Origin: a virus
Taxonomy: Duplodnaviria > Caudoviricetes
Strand: one strand, 5' to 3'
DNA length: 52,664 bases
IMG/VR virus record: IMGVR_UViG_3300003690_000059
Coordinates: 1-52,664 of that record
A program made the translations under genes and the position numbers. Positions 16,072-23,163 of the stretch are shown piece by piece; the first letter of the stretch is position 1, and every line of letters begins with the position of its first letter. The notes beneath the pieces were generated by a model. It was given only the letters and a program-made list of their open reading frames with translations. It was not told the DNA's origin and did no database searches.

Positions 16072-16159
16072 GGGCGGTAGATAGAAGGTAACCTCCGTTG
16101 GTATCTACCGCCCTTTGTTTTCGGGATGCCCTGAACCACCCTATAACCATCCAACGGAG
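16072..16159. ncRNA. Candidate structured RNA (12-bp stem with loop-distal pairing)
   Basis: GGGCGGTAGATA/TATCTACCGCCC stem; loop CTCCGTTGG complementary to CCAACGGAG at 16151; TTTGTTTT follows on the + strand. Confidence 0.4.
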
Positions 16160-16167
16160 TAACCGTA

Positions 16168-16596
16168 TTACTTACTCTTTTGTTCTTTGACGACAGAATT
16201 CTTTAAAGGACCACGACAGAACTCTTTAAAGGACCATGTTTGAATAGGAGCCACTTTATTTTCTATTTCTTCAGGCGTAGGATGTATGATTTCGAGTTTT
16301 ACTTGTTGATCACCAAGGGAAATAGTAATCAATTTCTCAATGTCGGAGTGAAGAACTGTACCAATACCAAAGCCATCCTCACTGGGGAGACGGTTACATT
16401 GAGGCCAGAAGCTTCGCCCACCAAGAGAATCAAGAATAATACGCGCTAAGTATTCAGAGTCTCTCCATCGCTCCTTCCCTTGTACTAAGCCAAAAGCTAC
16501 ATCATTTTCAAGAGTTCCCGCCCCCCAGTGAGTATAAAGGTATATATCAGGAGCGCCCTTTTGTTCAGTTACTACGACTTGTGCTCGACGACCCAT
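16168..16596 (-). CDS. Hypothetical phage protein
   Basis: 142 aa 'IYLYTHWGA...ERWRDSEYLARII...GFGIGT'; coupled to the upstream gene via TAATG. Confidence 0.7.
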   Translation of the reverse strand: MGRRAQVVVTEQKGAPDIYLYTHWGAGTLENDVAFGLVQGKERWRDSEYLARIILDSLGGRSFWPQCNRLPSEDGFGIGTVLHSDIEKLITISLGDQQVKLEIIHPTPEEIENKVAPIQTWSFKEFCRGPLKNSVVKEQKSK

Positions 16597-17057
16597 TATT
16601 TTCCCTCCTTGATTGGCCGTATAATAATAGGACTAAGAGCTTCCCACTCTACCGTATACCAACCATCACCGAGACGGGAATTCCTATACGCACTAACACT
16701 TTCGTAAGGTTCAAAATAATCGAGATAGAACCACCTGGCCCAATCATCCGGATATTCTTCCGTGTTACCAATATTACTAGGCCAGAATTCCGTATTCTGT
16801 TCTTCTACTGGACAGTAAATCTTTAATTCGTCGGGGATAGGTGGAGGTGAATCAGTTTCTGAATCAAAGTATTCAAGACCTTTACCCCCCAATCCTAAAG
16901 AAAAAAGATCCATGACAATTCGATCTTTTATAGTCGATTGGCGGATCAACCCGGCACCGGCTATTGCCTGGGCGTCGCGGATTAGGCCGCCGGTGCCGAT
17001 TTCATCTTTAAGAAAGAACGGGTAGGTAGTGAGGTCAACCTTTTTCCAGTCAGCCAT
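16596..17057 (-). CDS. Hypothetical protein, paralogue family B
   Basis: Aligns by eye to 19117..19563 ('LEYFDSETD..P.IPDELK.YCP...QNTEFWP', 'YRN.RLGDGWY.V..E.L.PIIIRPIKE'). Confidence 0.75.
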   Translation of the reverse strand: MADWKKVDLTTYPFFLKDEIGTGGLIRDAQAIAGAGLIRQSTIKDRIVMDLFSLGLGGKGLEYFDSETDSPPPIPDELKIYCPVEEQNTEFWPSNIGNTEEYPDDWARWFYLDYFEPYESVSAYRNSRLGDGWYTVEWEALSPIIIRPIKEGK

Positions 17058-17139
17058 TTTTAAACCTTTCTATGGTTAGTTAGCCTTACCCCTAATAGTA
17101 AGCGCCCACTTTTTTAAAAACCCGCCCCGTTTACTCTAA
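17058..17139 (-). promoter_or_regulatory. Repeated promoter/RBS unit, copy 3
   Basis: TAGAGTAA...GGGTTT-N17-TACTAT-TAGGGGTAAGGCTAACTAACCATAGAAAGGTTTAAAA-ATG. Confidence 0.8.
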
Positions 17140-17373
17140 TTACTCGTCATTGATACAAGCCACGTACCAATCGCCCGTATCGCCCATGCCCGCATAAATA
17201 GCATCGGGTGAGTTTTGATCAGCAACACTATCTGCCAGCCAGTCTGATATTTCTGATGGGCTGAGGCCCAGATCTTTGACCCACGCCGCATCTGGTATGG
17301 GTGAGTAGCCCCCATCCTCGGGACTGAGAATCACATTAATAATATGCCCCTTTAATTTACTTAGATTTCGCAT
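17140..17373 (-). CDS. Hypothetical acidic protein
   Basis: 77 aa with AGGAGG RBS, between repeat units. Confidence 0.65.
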   Translation of the reverse strand: MRNLSKLKGHIINVILSPEDGGYSPIPDAAWVKDLGLSPSEISDWLADSVADQNSPDAIYAGMGDTGDWYVACINDE

Positions 17374-17448
17374 TTCTATAACCTCCTATTAAGTACCATT
17401 TAACCCTTAAAGTATAACGGCCCACTTAAAGAGGACCCTTACTCTTTT
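17374..17448 (-). promoter_or_regulatory. Repeated promoter/RBS unit, copy 4
   Basis: AAAAGAGTAAGGGTCC-N16-TATACT; its TAA is the stop of 17439..17750. Confidence 0.75.
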
Positions 17449-17750
17449 ATCGCTTCGAGACACATTATTTCCGAGGCAATAAAGAGTACGGCTTCTGATC
17501 CAAACCCCTTTTTTAAAGCGAGGCGCACTAATTCACATTGAAGAAATTTATTCCATTCTTCGCTAGAATCATATTCTGAATAAATATCATCTTCTGTATT
17601 GTATTGACCAAGAACTATCCACCCCGCTTGAGTTTCGGCGTGGTAGGTATCTTTGACCCCAGGATTGGTAACAGCTAGTAAAAACCATCCTATAACCCCG
17701 CCCCCAAAATTAGAGGGGGGCGCCCACATAATTTTTGATGGATCAGTCAT
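17439..17750 (-). CDS. Hypothetical protein, paralogue family A
   Basis: 'W.VLG.YNTE.DIY...W..FLQ.E.VRLA..KG' shared with 18133..18513 and 18807..19124. Confidence 0.7.
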   Translation of the reverse strand: MTDPSKIMWAPPSNFGGGVIGWFLLAVTNPGVKDTYHAETQAGWIVLGQYNTEDDIYSEYDSSEEWNKFLQCELVRLALKKGFGSEAVLFIASEIMCLEAIKE

Positions 17751-17830
17751 TTTTAAACCTTTCTATGGTTAGTTAGCCTTACCCCTAAAGTATAAGCGCC
17801 CACTTTTTTAAAGACCCTTACTCTTTTATC
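17751..17830 (-). promoter_or_regulatory. Repeated promoter/RBS unit, copy 5 (near consensus)
   Basis: GATAAAAGAGTAAGGGTCT-N17-TATACTTTAGGGGTAAGGCTAACTAACCATAGAAAGGTTTAAAA-ATG. Confidence 0.85.
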
Positions 17831-18140
17831 AGCTACCGTGATATCCTTTCAGCATAAGGGGCCAAGAACGAGTTTCGGGAGAATCACCACCCAAGCCCGT
17901 GAGTTCCATTACCCGATTTTCGTTAGTGATTCCATTTTCTTCATCAACCCAAGCAAGGGTGAGGTAAGTTTTTTGAGGATCATAAGTAGGTTTATAAAAC
18001 CAGCCCTCTTTCCCTTCGCCATTTATAAAGTCAGGATAGGGTAGTCCTTGAGTGATATAACCTTCCCATCGGTTTTTCTCACCATTTCCACTATCTATTA
18101 CGGGAGTGGTGAATTCTTCTATGAGTGTATATTCAGCCAT
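17829..18140 (-). CDS. Hypothetical protein
   Basis: 103 aa, overlaps the stop of the upstream gene. Confidence 0.65.
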   Translation of the reverse strand: MAEYTLIEEFTTPVIDSGNGEKNRWEGYITQGLPYPDFINGEGKEGWFYKPTYDPQKTYLTLAWVDEENGITNENRVMELTGLGGDSPETRSWPLMLKGYHGS

Positions 18141-18513
18141 TTTTAACCCTCCATTCCCCAGCTTTTAAGGGGCCATCATCTTTTTCAGCTTTATATCCCA
18201 TGACTTTATATCCCATGATTTGGCTCCCATAAAACCCTTCTTGACAGCAAATAAGAAGCCCAGTATTTTTAGGAGTGAGACCTTTTTCTTCGGCGAGGCG
18301 CACTACTTCGTCTTGAAGAAAAGCGGCCCATTCATCCCACGGTTCGCCATAATTATAGTCTAAGCGATAAATATCTTCTTCTGTATTGTATGTTCCTAGG
18401 ACTTCCCATTCATCACTGATTGAAAGAAGTACCCAATGAGTTACCGCCCCAGAATTCTCAGTGGCATAAACCCCGTTTTTGACTTCCCAGTTACGCCAGC
18501 TAGTATCAGCCAT
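18133..18513 (-). CDS. Hypothetical protein, paralogue family A
   Basis: 126 aa; family A motif; RBS half of the repeat upstream (18514-18541). Confidence 0.7.
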   Translation of the reverse strand: MADTSWRNWEVKNGVYATENSGAVTHWVLLSISDEWEVLGTYNTEEDIYRLDYNYGEPWDEWAAFLQDEVVRLAEEKGLTPKNTGLLICCQEGFYGSQIMGYKVMGYKAEKDDGPLKAGEWRVKNG

Positions 18514-18531
18514 TTTTAAACCCCTCTATGG

Positions 18532-18711
18532 TTAGTTAACCCTACCACTGGAAACTTTTCCAGTTGAACCACAGCGCTCGCACGGCCAGTTTTCGAATTC
18601 GAGCGTTACGCTCCATCCATCCTGGGAAACAGTCTCTTTCTCATTATGTACGATAGTACCGTCGCCCCCGCAGTTTGGACATTTAGCAGTGGGCAGTTTC
18701 CAGTCAGTCAT
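18532..18711 (-). CDS. 59-aa zinc-finger protein (DnaJ-type CxxCxGxG repeats)
   Basis: Manual translation MTDWKLPTAKCPNCGGDG...WPCERCGSTGKVSSGRVN; repeat unit upstream; missing from the ORF track. Confidence 0.7.
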   Translation of the reverse strand: MTDWKLPTAKCPNCGGDGTIVHNEKETVSQDGWSVTLEFENWPCERCGSTGKVSSGRVN

Positions 18712-18808
18712 TTTTAAACCCCTCTATGATTAGTTAGCCTTACCCCTAAAGTATAAAGGCCCACTTTTTGAAAGACCCTTTCTCTTTTTAAAAGACCCTT
18801 ACTTTTTT
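18712..18808 (-). promoter_or_regulatory. Repeated promoter/RBS unit, copy 6 (GGGTCT box duplicated)
   Basis: AAGGGTCTTT occurs twice, then N17-TATACTTTAGGGGTAAGG. Confidence 0.8.
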
Positions 18809-19124
18809 ATCCGTATAATATGTTACCCGTAAACGCCTCATCATCTTTTACAATACTTAGGATAGTATTTTTTGATGTTAACCCTTTTTCTTCGGCGAGC
18901 CTCACCGCTTCATCTTGCAGATAACAATTCCATTTATTTTCATCATCAAGCCAACAACACTCAGGATCTTCAGTAGAATAGGCATTTAACACTGTCCATG
19001 GTGGATTAGTTAAGGGAGAGTAGCTAATAATGTACCATCCGGATACATTATCATAACTGCTATGACTGTCTGTCACATAAGTGCCGTTTTTGACTTTCCA
19101 TTTTCGATTGCTAGAGTTAGCCAT
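18807..19124 (-). CDS. Hypothetical protein, paralogue family A
   Basis: Start reassigned to ATG 19124 (AGGAGG RBS; MANSSNRKWKVKNG parallels MADTSWRNWEVKNG of 18133..18513). Confidence 0.7.
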   Translation of the reverse strand: MANSSNRKWKVKNGTYVTDSHSSYDNVSGWYIISYSPLTNPPWTVLNAYSTEDPECCWLDDENKWNCYLQDEAVRLAEEKGLTSKNTILSIVKDDEAFTGNILYG

Positions 19125-19563
19125 TATTTTCCTCCTTGATTGGCCGTATAATAATGGGGAAAAGATTCTCAAACTTTACCAAATACCAACCATCACCGAG
19201 ACGAAGATTCCTATACCCACTAACAATTGTATGGTGGGAAGAGCTATGATTGAGGTGGAACCATTTGTCCCAATCATACGGGTGAACCCCTACCAAATCA
19301 TAAAAAAATGTTAACATATTAGTTGGCCAGAATTCAGTATTCTGATCATCTGTGGGACAGTACATCTTTAATTCGTCAGGGATACGCGGCACTCGATCAG
19401 TTTCAGAGTCAAAGTATTCAAGATTTTTACCCTCCAATTCTAAAGAAAAAATATCCATTAGAATTTGATTCTCTTTAACTGTCCGCCATGTATCTTGACC
19501 TTTAATAAAGAATGGTAGGGTAAGGTCAATCTTTTCCCATTCGCCCCATTTATATTCAGTCAT
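19117..19563 (-). CDS. Hypothetical protein, paralogue family B
   Basis: 148 aa; aligns to 16596..17057. Confidence 0.75.
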   Translation of the reverse strand: MTEYKWGEWEKIDLTLPFFIKGQDTWRTVKENQILMDIFSLELEGKNLEYFDSETDRVPRIPDELKMYCPTDDQNTEFWPTNMLTFFYDLVGVHPYDWDKWFHLNHSSSHHTIVSGYRNLRLGDGWYLVKFENLFPIIIRPIKEENNG

Positions 19564-19566
19564 TTT

Positions 19567-19902
19567 TTAGTCCCCCCTAATTAAAAGGTATAGCGGGGGG
19601 AGTTCCGTAACTCCCGGATAACATTCACGAACAATTAAAAGCATAGCGCCGTCTTTTTGTTCTTTACGAGCAACCCGGTGATATTCATCACGGCTAGTGT
19701 ATTCAAAGTATTCATCCCAAAGTTTATCGGGCGCATCATCTAATACCCGCAGGTATTCGTCGGGTTGATCATCGCTTACTTCAGGGTCGTAGATATAGAT
19801 TTCTTCTTTTCCAGAATTCCACAATTTTGTGAAGAAAGAATTTAGTACGGTTGATTGAGTCTCGTAATAATCAGCGTCTTTTACCCAGTTTACGTCAGTC
19901 AT
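19567..19902 (-). CDS. Hypothetical acidic protein
   Basis: 111 aa, directly after a repeat unit. Confidence 0.65.
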   Translation of the reverse strand: MTDVNWVKDADYYETQSTVLNSFFTKLWNSGKEEIYIYDPEVSDDQPDEYLRVLDDAPDKLWDEYFEYTSRDEYHRVARKEQKDGAMLLIVRECYPGVTELPPLYLLIRGD

Positions 19903-19983
19903 TTTTTAGCCCCTTTATGGTTAGTTACCGTTACCCCTAAAGTATAAAGGGGGAGCTAAAGAATACCCCCCCCTTTTTACTCT
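19903..19983 (-). promoter_or_regulatory. Repeated promoter/RBS unit, copy 7
   Basis: AGAGTAA...GGGTAT-N16-TATACTTTAGGGGTAACGGTAACTAACC. Confidence 0.75.
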
Positions 19984-20261
19984 TCTGGATGAGGAACCAT
20001 GTGACAGCCCATGTCTTTAGCGGGGTTTGATTCATAAAGGCAGTTCTCCCAATGTTGAGCCAATGTGACCAGCTCCCCAGTTTCGCCATTAGTACGCGCA
20101 TATTGAGGGTCGCTACCGCAAGATTCACAAAATTCGAAGAAAAGCCCATCTTCTGCTGTCTTGAATTTAGAGGTTTCTTGAAGAAGCATCAGCCGCGTAC
20201 CACATGGATAATCCGCCGTAACCGTAGGATAGCGCGTTTTACAATAGGAACATTGAGCCAT
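19977..20261 (-). CDS. Hypothetical Cys-containing (zinc-binding) protein
   Basis: CSYC...CESC motifs, 94 aa. Confidence 0.6.
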   Translation of the reverse strand: MAQCSYCKTRYPTVTADYPCGTRLMLLQETSKFKTAEDGLFFEFCESCGSDPQYARTNGETGELVTLAQHWENCLYESNPAKDMGCHMVPHPEE

Positions 20262-20338
20262 TTTTTTACCCCAGGATTAAGTTACCGTTACCCCTAAAGT
20301 ATAAGCGCCCACTTTTTTAAAGACCCTTAGTCTTTTAT
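20262..20338 (-). promoter_or_regulatory. Repeated promoter/RBS unit, copy 8
   Basis: GATAAAAGACTAAGGGTCT-N17-TATACTTTAGGGGTAACGGTAAC. Confidence 0.8.
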
Positions 20339-20604
20339 CCACTCTTTAAGATGTGAGTAACCGCATTGGGATTACCTTCTGGGATAATATATTTTCCATC
20401 AATATTTAGTAAGATTTCGCCCTCATCAGTGCAAACATCAAACTTGGATACTCCCATTAAAGAGCGACCACAGATTGTTCCATGTGTGGCCTTTTTTGAA
20501 TAATAATTATTTATCACACAGCGAGTAGGATTATCAGAGTCTAGTTTTTTATCGGCGAAATGCTTTTTATATTCCATGATGATCCTCCATTGCCCTTTCT
20601 TCAA
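20335..20604 (-). CDS. Hypothetical protein
   Basis: ORF in operon; real start probably ATG 20577 (GGAGG RBS). Confidence 0.55.
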   Translation of the reverse strand: MKKGQWRIIMEYKKHFADKKLDSDNPTRCVINNYYSKKATHGTICGRSLMGVSKFDVCTDEGEILLNIDGKYIIPEGNPNAVTHILKSG

Positions 20605-20875
20605 GTACAGCCCAATCTTTATTGGTTAAGCGATCCTCAATCCAACGGGCAATTTCCCATCTTGGACCCTTATTTTTTCTTTCTTTTTTAATAAGGATCC
20701 ACATATCTTCAATATAGTCACTCGTAATACCAACGTCCGGTTCGGCCTTTAAGACTTCATAACAAATTGTGACGGGAAGGCCGTTAAGAACTGTCGTATC
20801 AAACCCCCTCGATAGATAATAGCAGCAGCTGAACCTGGTTTTTTTATACGGCATTATCCATATGCCTTTTCCCAA
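20567..20875 (-). CDS. Hypothetical protein
   Basis: 'VLNGLPVTICYEVLKAEPDVGI' phage-type ORF; start probably 20854. Confidence 0.6.
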   Translation of the reverse strand: MGKGIWIMPYKKTRFSCCYYLSRGFDTTVLNGLPVTICYEVLKAEPDVGITSDYIEDMWILIKKERKNKGPRWEIARWIEDRLTNKDWAVLEERAMEDHHGI

Positions 20876-21410
20876 CCTTGGTTAACTGAAACAAAAACCT
20901 ACCTGGTTGACCCTTATTTGTGGTTTTGCGAGCAAGCAATCCGGTGCCAAAAGCGTAGCTTGCCATCTTACTTACTTTATCTTGAGTAAGTTCAGGGATT
21001 AAGTTGCCCAATTCTAAAACAGTGAGTGGCTCATTCATCTGATAAAGTGCATTTATAACAAGAAAAAGTTGTGACTTTCTCGACATCCGCCTTGACCGTG
21101 GCCTGGTCGGGGAAGCTATCCACGGATTAAACTCAATTTCTTCGGGTTTATCTGGCTCTGAGTCCCACGGGGGGTCCGGCGGCATCCTAGCTTCTAGAAT
21201 CTCACCCAGGCTCTCGTCACCATATTCAACATTGGACTGTTGGTCAATATTGGGCTGTTCTTTTATTTTCCGGAGAATGTAGGGGGGTGCATTCTTCTTG
21301 GTCAGCCAACGAACTTGACCGCTTACCGTGCGACATTCCTGGCTGGCCCAAATTTGAAGAATTTCCCAAGTTTCATGGTCAACAGCTATTGACTTATTTC
21401 CTGCATCCAT
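20844..21410 (-). CDS. Putative transcription regulator (N-terminal ribbon-helix-helix, C-terminal winged-helix-like)
   Basis: 'KSIAVDHETWEILQIWASQECRTVSGQVRWL' RHH pattern; C-terminal 'LTVLELG...GLLARK...FQLTKVG'. Confidence 0.6.
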   Translation of the reverse strand: MDAGNKSIAVDHETWEILQIWASQECRTVSGQVRWLTKKNAPPYILRKIKEQPNIDQQSNVEYGDESLGEILEARMPPDPPWDSEPDKPEEIEFNPWIASPTRPRSRRMSRKSQLFLVINALYQMNEPLTVLELGNLIPELTQDKVSKMASYAFGTGLLARKTTNKGQPGRFLFQLTKVGKRHMDNAV

Positions 21411-21675
21411 TAGTTGGTCCTCCTATTGTGGTTAGTAGGGTCATATATGATAGATTCATTTCATTATCCCAAATAGAAATTAAATCGGCAGCGTCCCGGA
21501 AAGAGGCAAATTCCTTTTCCACAACGCTACCGTTAAAGCAAACTGCCCAATTATTTGGTTCAATGAAAATAGGACAAAAACCTAAATCCCAATATTCAGG
21601 TTTTTCGTAAAAATTACAATCGGCGCAAGGTTGGCCAATTTCGTAATTTTTATTATCGCAATTAGGGCAACTCAT
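21394..21675 (-). CDS. Hypothetical zinc-ribbon protein
   Basis: CPNC...CADC N-terminus; GAGGAGG RBS. Confidence 0.6.
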   Translation of the reverse strand: MSCPNCDNKNYEIGQPCADCNFYEKPEYWDLGFCPIFIEPNNWAVCFNGSVVEKEFASFRDAADLISIWDNEMNLSYMTLLTTIGGPTNGCRK

Positions 21676-21762
21676 AACCCCCTCCTCTCTCTAACTTTCT
21701 ACTTACTAACTAATTATAACCGCTCAGATTAAGAAAGACCCCGCTTTATTTATCTTTTATCT
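21676..21762 (-). promoter_or_regulatory. Diverged copy of the repeated promoter
   Basis: AAAAGATAA...GGGTCT-N17-TATAAT. Confidence 0.6.
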
Positions 21763-21791
21763 CTACTTTATTGGTCCGATTTGGTATTCAG

Positions 21792-21986
21792 TTATAGTGG
21801 CTCTCCTTGGTAAAGCATGCTCAAAGTTTTTTGAAAAATCTTTTTAAGTTCATCTTTATACCCGGGATATTTTTCTCCCAAGTTGTTGATCATATATTCA
21901 ACACCTTCGGTTTCACCCATGCCCGCAAGGACAGCTTCCTCCGCGAGCTCTTCCATAGCCATCCCCCATTCTTTAACTTTCCCCAT
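21792..21986 (-). CDS. Hypothetical protein
   Basis: Start reassigned to MGKVKEW (ATG 21986), coupled to 21973..22278. Confidence 0.55.
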   Translation of the reverse strand: MGKVKEWGMAMEELAEEAVLAGMGETEGVEYMINNLGEKYPGYKDELKKIFQKTLSMLYQGEPL

Positions 21987-22278
21987 TTTCTTCTTCCTCC
22001 GCAGGTACGCGCCAAACCCTGAGTCCGGCGATATCTTTTTCAACCCATTGGCGTTGCGTGAACTTAACTTCAGTCCCCTGCCTTGCCATACGCTTTTGAT
22101 AAGATTGCCTTGCTTGAGCAACACGGTTACCCACTCGTTTAACAGTTTCATCTTCATATTCAGGGACGATAAAAAAGCTGTCGCCTATTTCCATTTCATC
22201 AAACGGATACTTAATATCCGTACTACGATAGTCTGTAGGAATAGGGACACTTTTATCTAATTCATAACCTTTGGCCAT
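21973..22278 (-). CDS. Small phage DNA-binding-like protein
   Basis: 'VPIP...KYPFDEMEIGDSFF...GLRVWRV' conserved phage family pattern. Confidence 0.65.
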   Translation of the reverse strand: MAKGYELDKSVPIPTDYRSTDIKYPFDEMEIGDSFFIVPEYEDETVKRVGNRVAQARQSYQKRMARQGTEVKFTQRQWVEKDIAGLRVWRVPAEEEENGES

Positions 22279-22403
22279 TCTAGGCCTCCTTTCTTTTTTA
22301 CTACTATAGTAAGTTTAAAGTAACATAACTCAGAATAAAGGTAAAGTTTATCTTTCACATTGAAGAGTACATCCAATAAATTATTAAAAGAACTAAGACT
22401 CCA

Positions 22404-22637
22404 CTAAGAATTTCCATACTTCTTCCTCCCTAAAAGAGTTTGCATTTCTTTTGAAATAGCAATTCCAAGTTCATAAAGATCTTCACTGATGCCAAAATCA
22501 TTAGCTCTTTTACCCCGTCTACTAAAAAATACTTCATAAGTTACACCTGTTTCTGGATCATATCCCAATGAAGCAATAAATTTACCAACTTTCACATTAA
22601 CTGTGGGGCGACGGTCAGGGGGTTTGTACGATGACAA
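22404..22637 (-). CDS. Stand-alone TSCPD-like protein (resembles the class II RNR C-terminal region)
   Basis: 'PDRRP...ASLGYDPETG..YEVFF...GK' pattern; start uncertain. Confidence 0.45.
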   Translation of the reverse strand: MSSYKPPDRRPTVNVKVGKFIASLGYDPETGVTYEVFFSRRGKRANDFGISEDLYELGIAISKEMQTLLGRKKYGNS

Positions 22638-22660
22638 ATTTTGTTATAACCCTTAAAACT

Positions 22661-22690
22661 GGGTGGCGTAGGGCTGATCCTACGCCACCC
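22661..22690 (-). terminator. Terminator hairpin
   Basis: GGGTGGCGTAGG/CCTACGCCACCC 12-bp stem followed by AGTTTT. Confidence 0.65.
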
Positions 22691-22700
22691 TCTCTTTTGG

Positions 22701-23069
22701 TTAAGCAATAGTTATATAGCCCTTGTCCAAAGCAATTTGAATATCCGGGCTACCGCCATGAAGTTTACGGGCAGTACTCAAAAAATCGGAAACTCCCATT
22801 CCATCTTGAAATAGCGCGAAGATTTCTGCGCGACGAGTACCTTTGCGAACAGGAAGTTCATCCCCAATAACATGAATTGTGTTACCCGGAAACTTATGGC
22901 GTACCGAACCAGACGATTCTGGTTTGGGCACCTTTGTCGCCTGTTTGATCTTAGGAGAATGTGAAGATTTTCCACTAATGGGCTTTTTCTTAGTGGCGGT
23001 CCCATCCTTAATATTCACAATTCTTTTTTCGATAGCTGTCTTTAAGTCTTTAGGCTGAACGATATCCAT
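22701..23069 (-). CDS. Basic putative DNA-binding protein (paralogue family C)
   Basis: Lys-rich N-terminus plus 'PVRKGTRRAEIF...GMGVSDFL...GGSPDIQIALDKGYI'. Confidence 0.7.
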   Translation of the reverse strand: MDIVQPKDLKTAIEKRIVNIKDGTATKKKPISGKSSHSPKIKQATKVPKPESSGSVRHKFPGNTIHVIGDELPVRKGTRRAEIFALFQDGMGVSDFLSTARKLHGGSPDIQIALDKGYITIA

Positions 23070-23126
23070 GACAACACCTTCTTTCTTTCTTTAGTTAACC
23101 TATAGCTAATTTTATAAAGTACCATA

Positions 23127-23160
23127 AAAAAAGGGACAACCGCTAAGTTGTCCCTTTTCT
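23127..23160. terminator. Bidirectional rho-independent terminator
   Basis: AAAAAAAGGGACAAC-CGCTAA-GTTGTCCCTTTT. Confidence 0.8.
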
Positions 23161-23163
23161 CTT

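Noticed and set aside
16596-19563. Diversity-generating retroelement (template/variable repeat pair)
   Set aside because: No reverse transcriptase; both copies are intact ORFs and differences are not confined to adenines
17058-20338. Repeat units as a CRISPR array or true integron attC sites
   Set aside because: Intervening sequences are whole genes of 180-1100 bp; units lack attC R/L-box palindromes; no tyrosine integrase is visible
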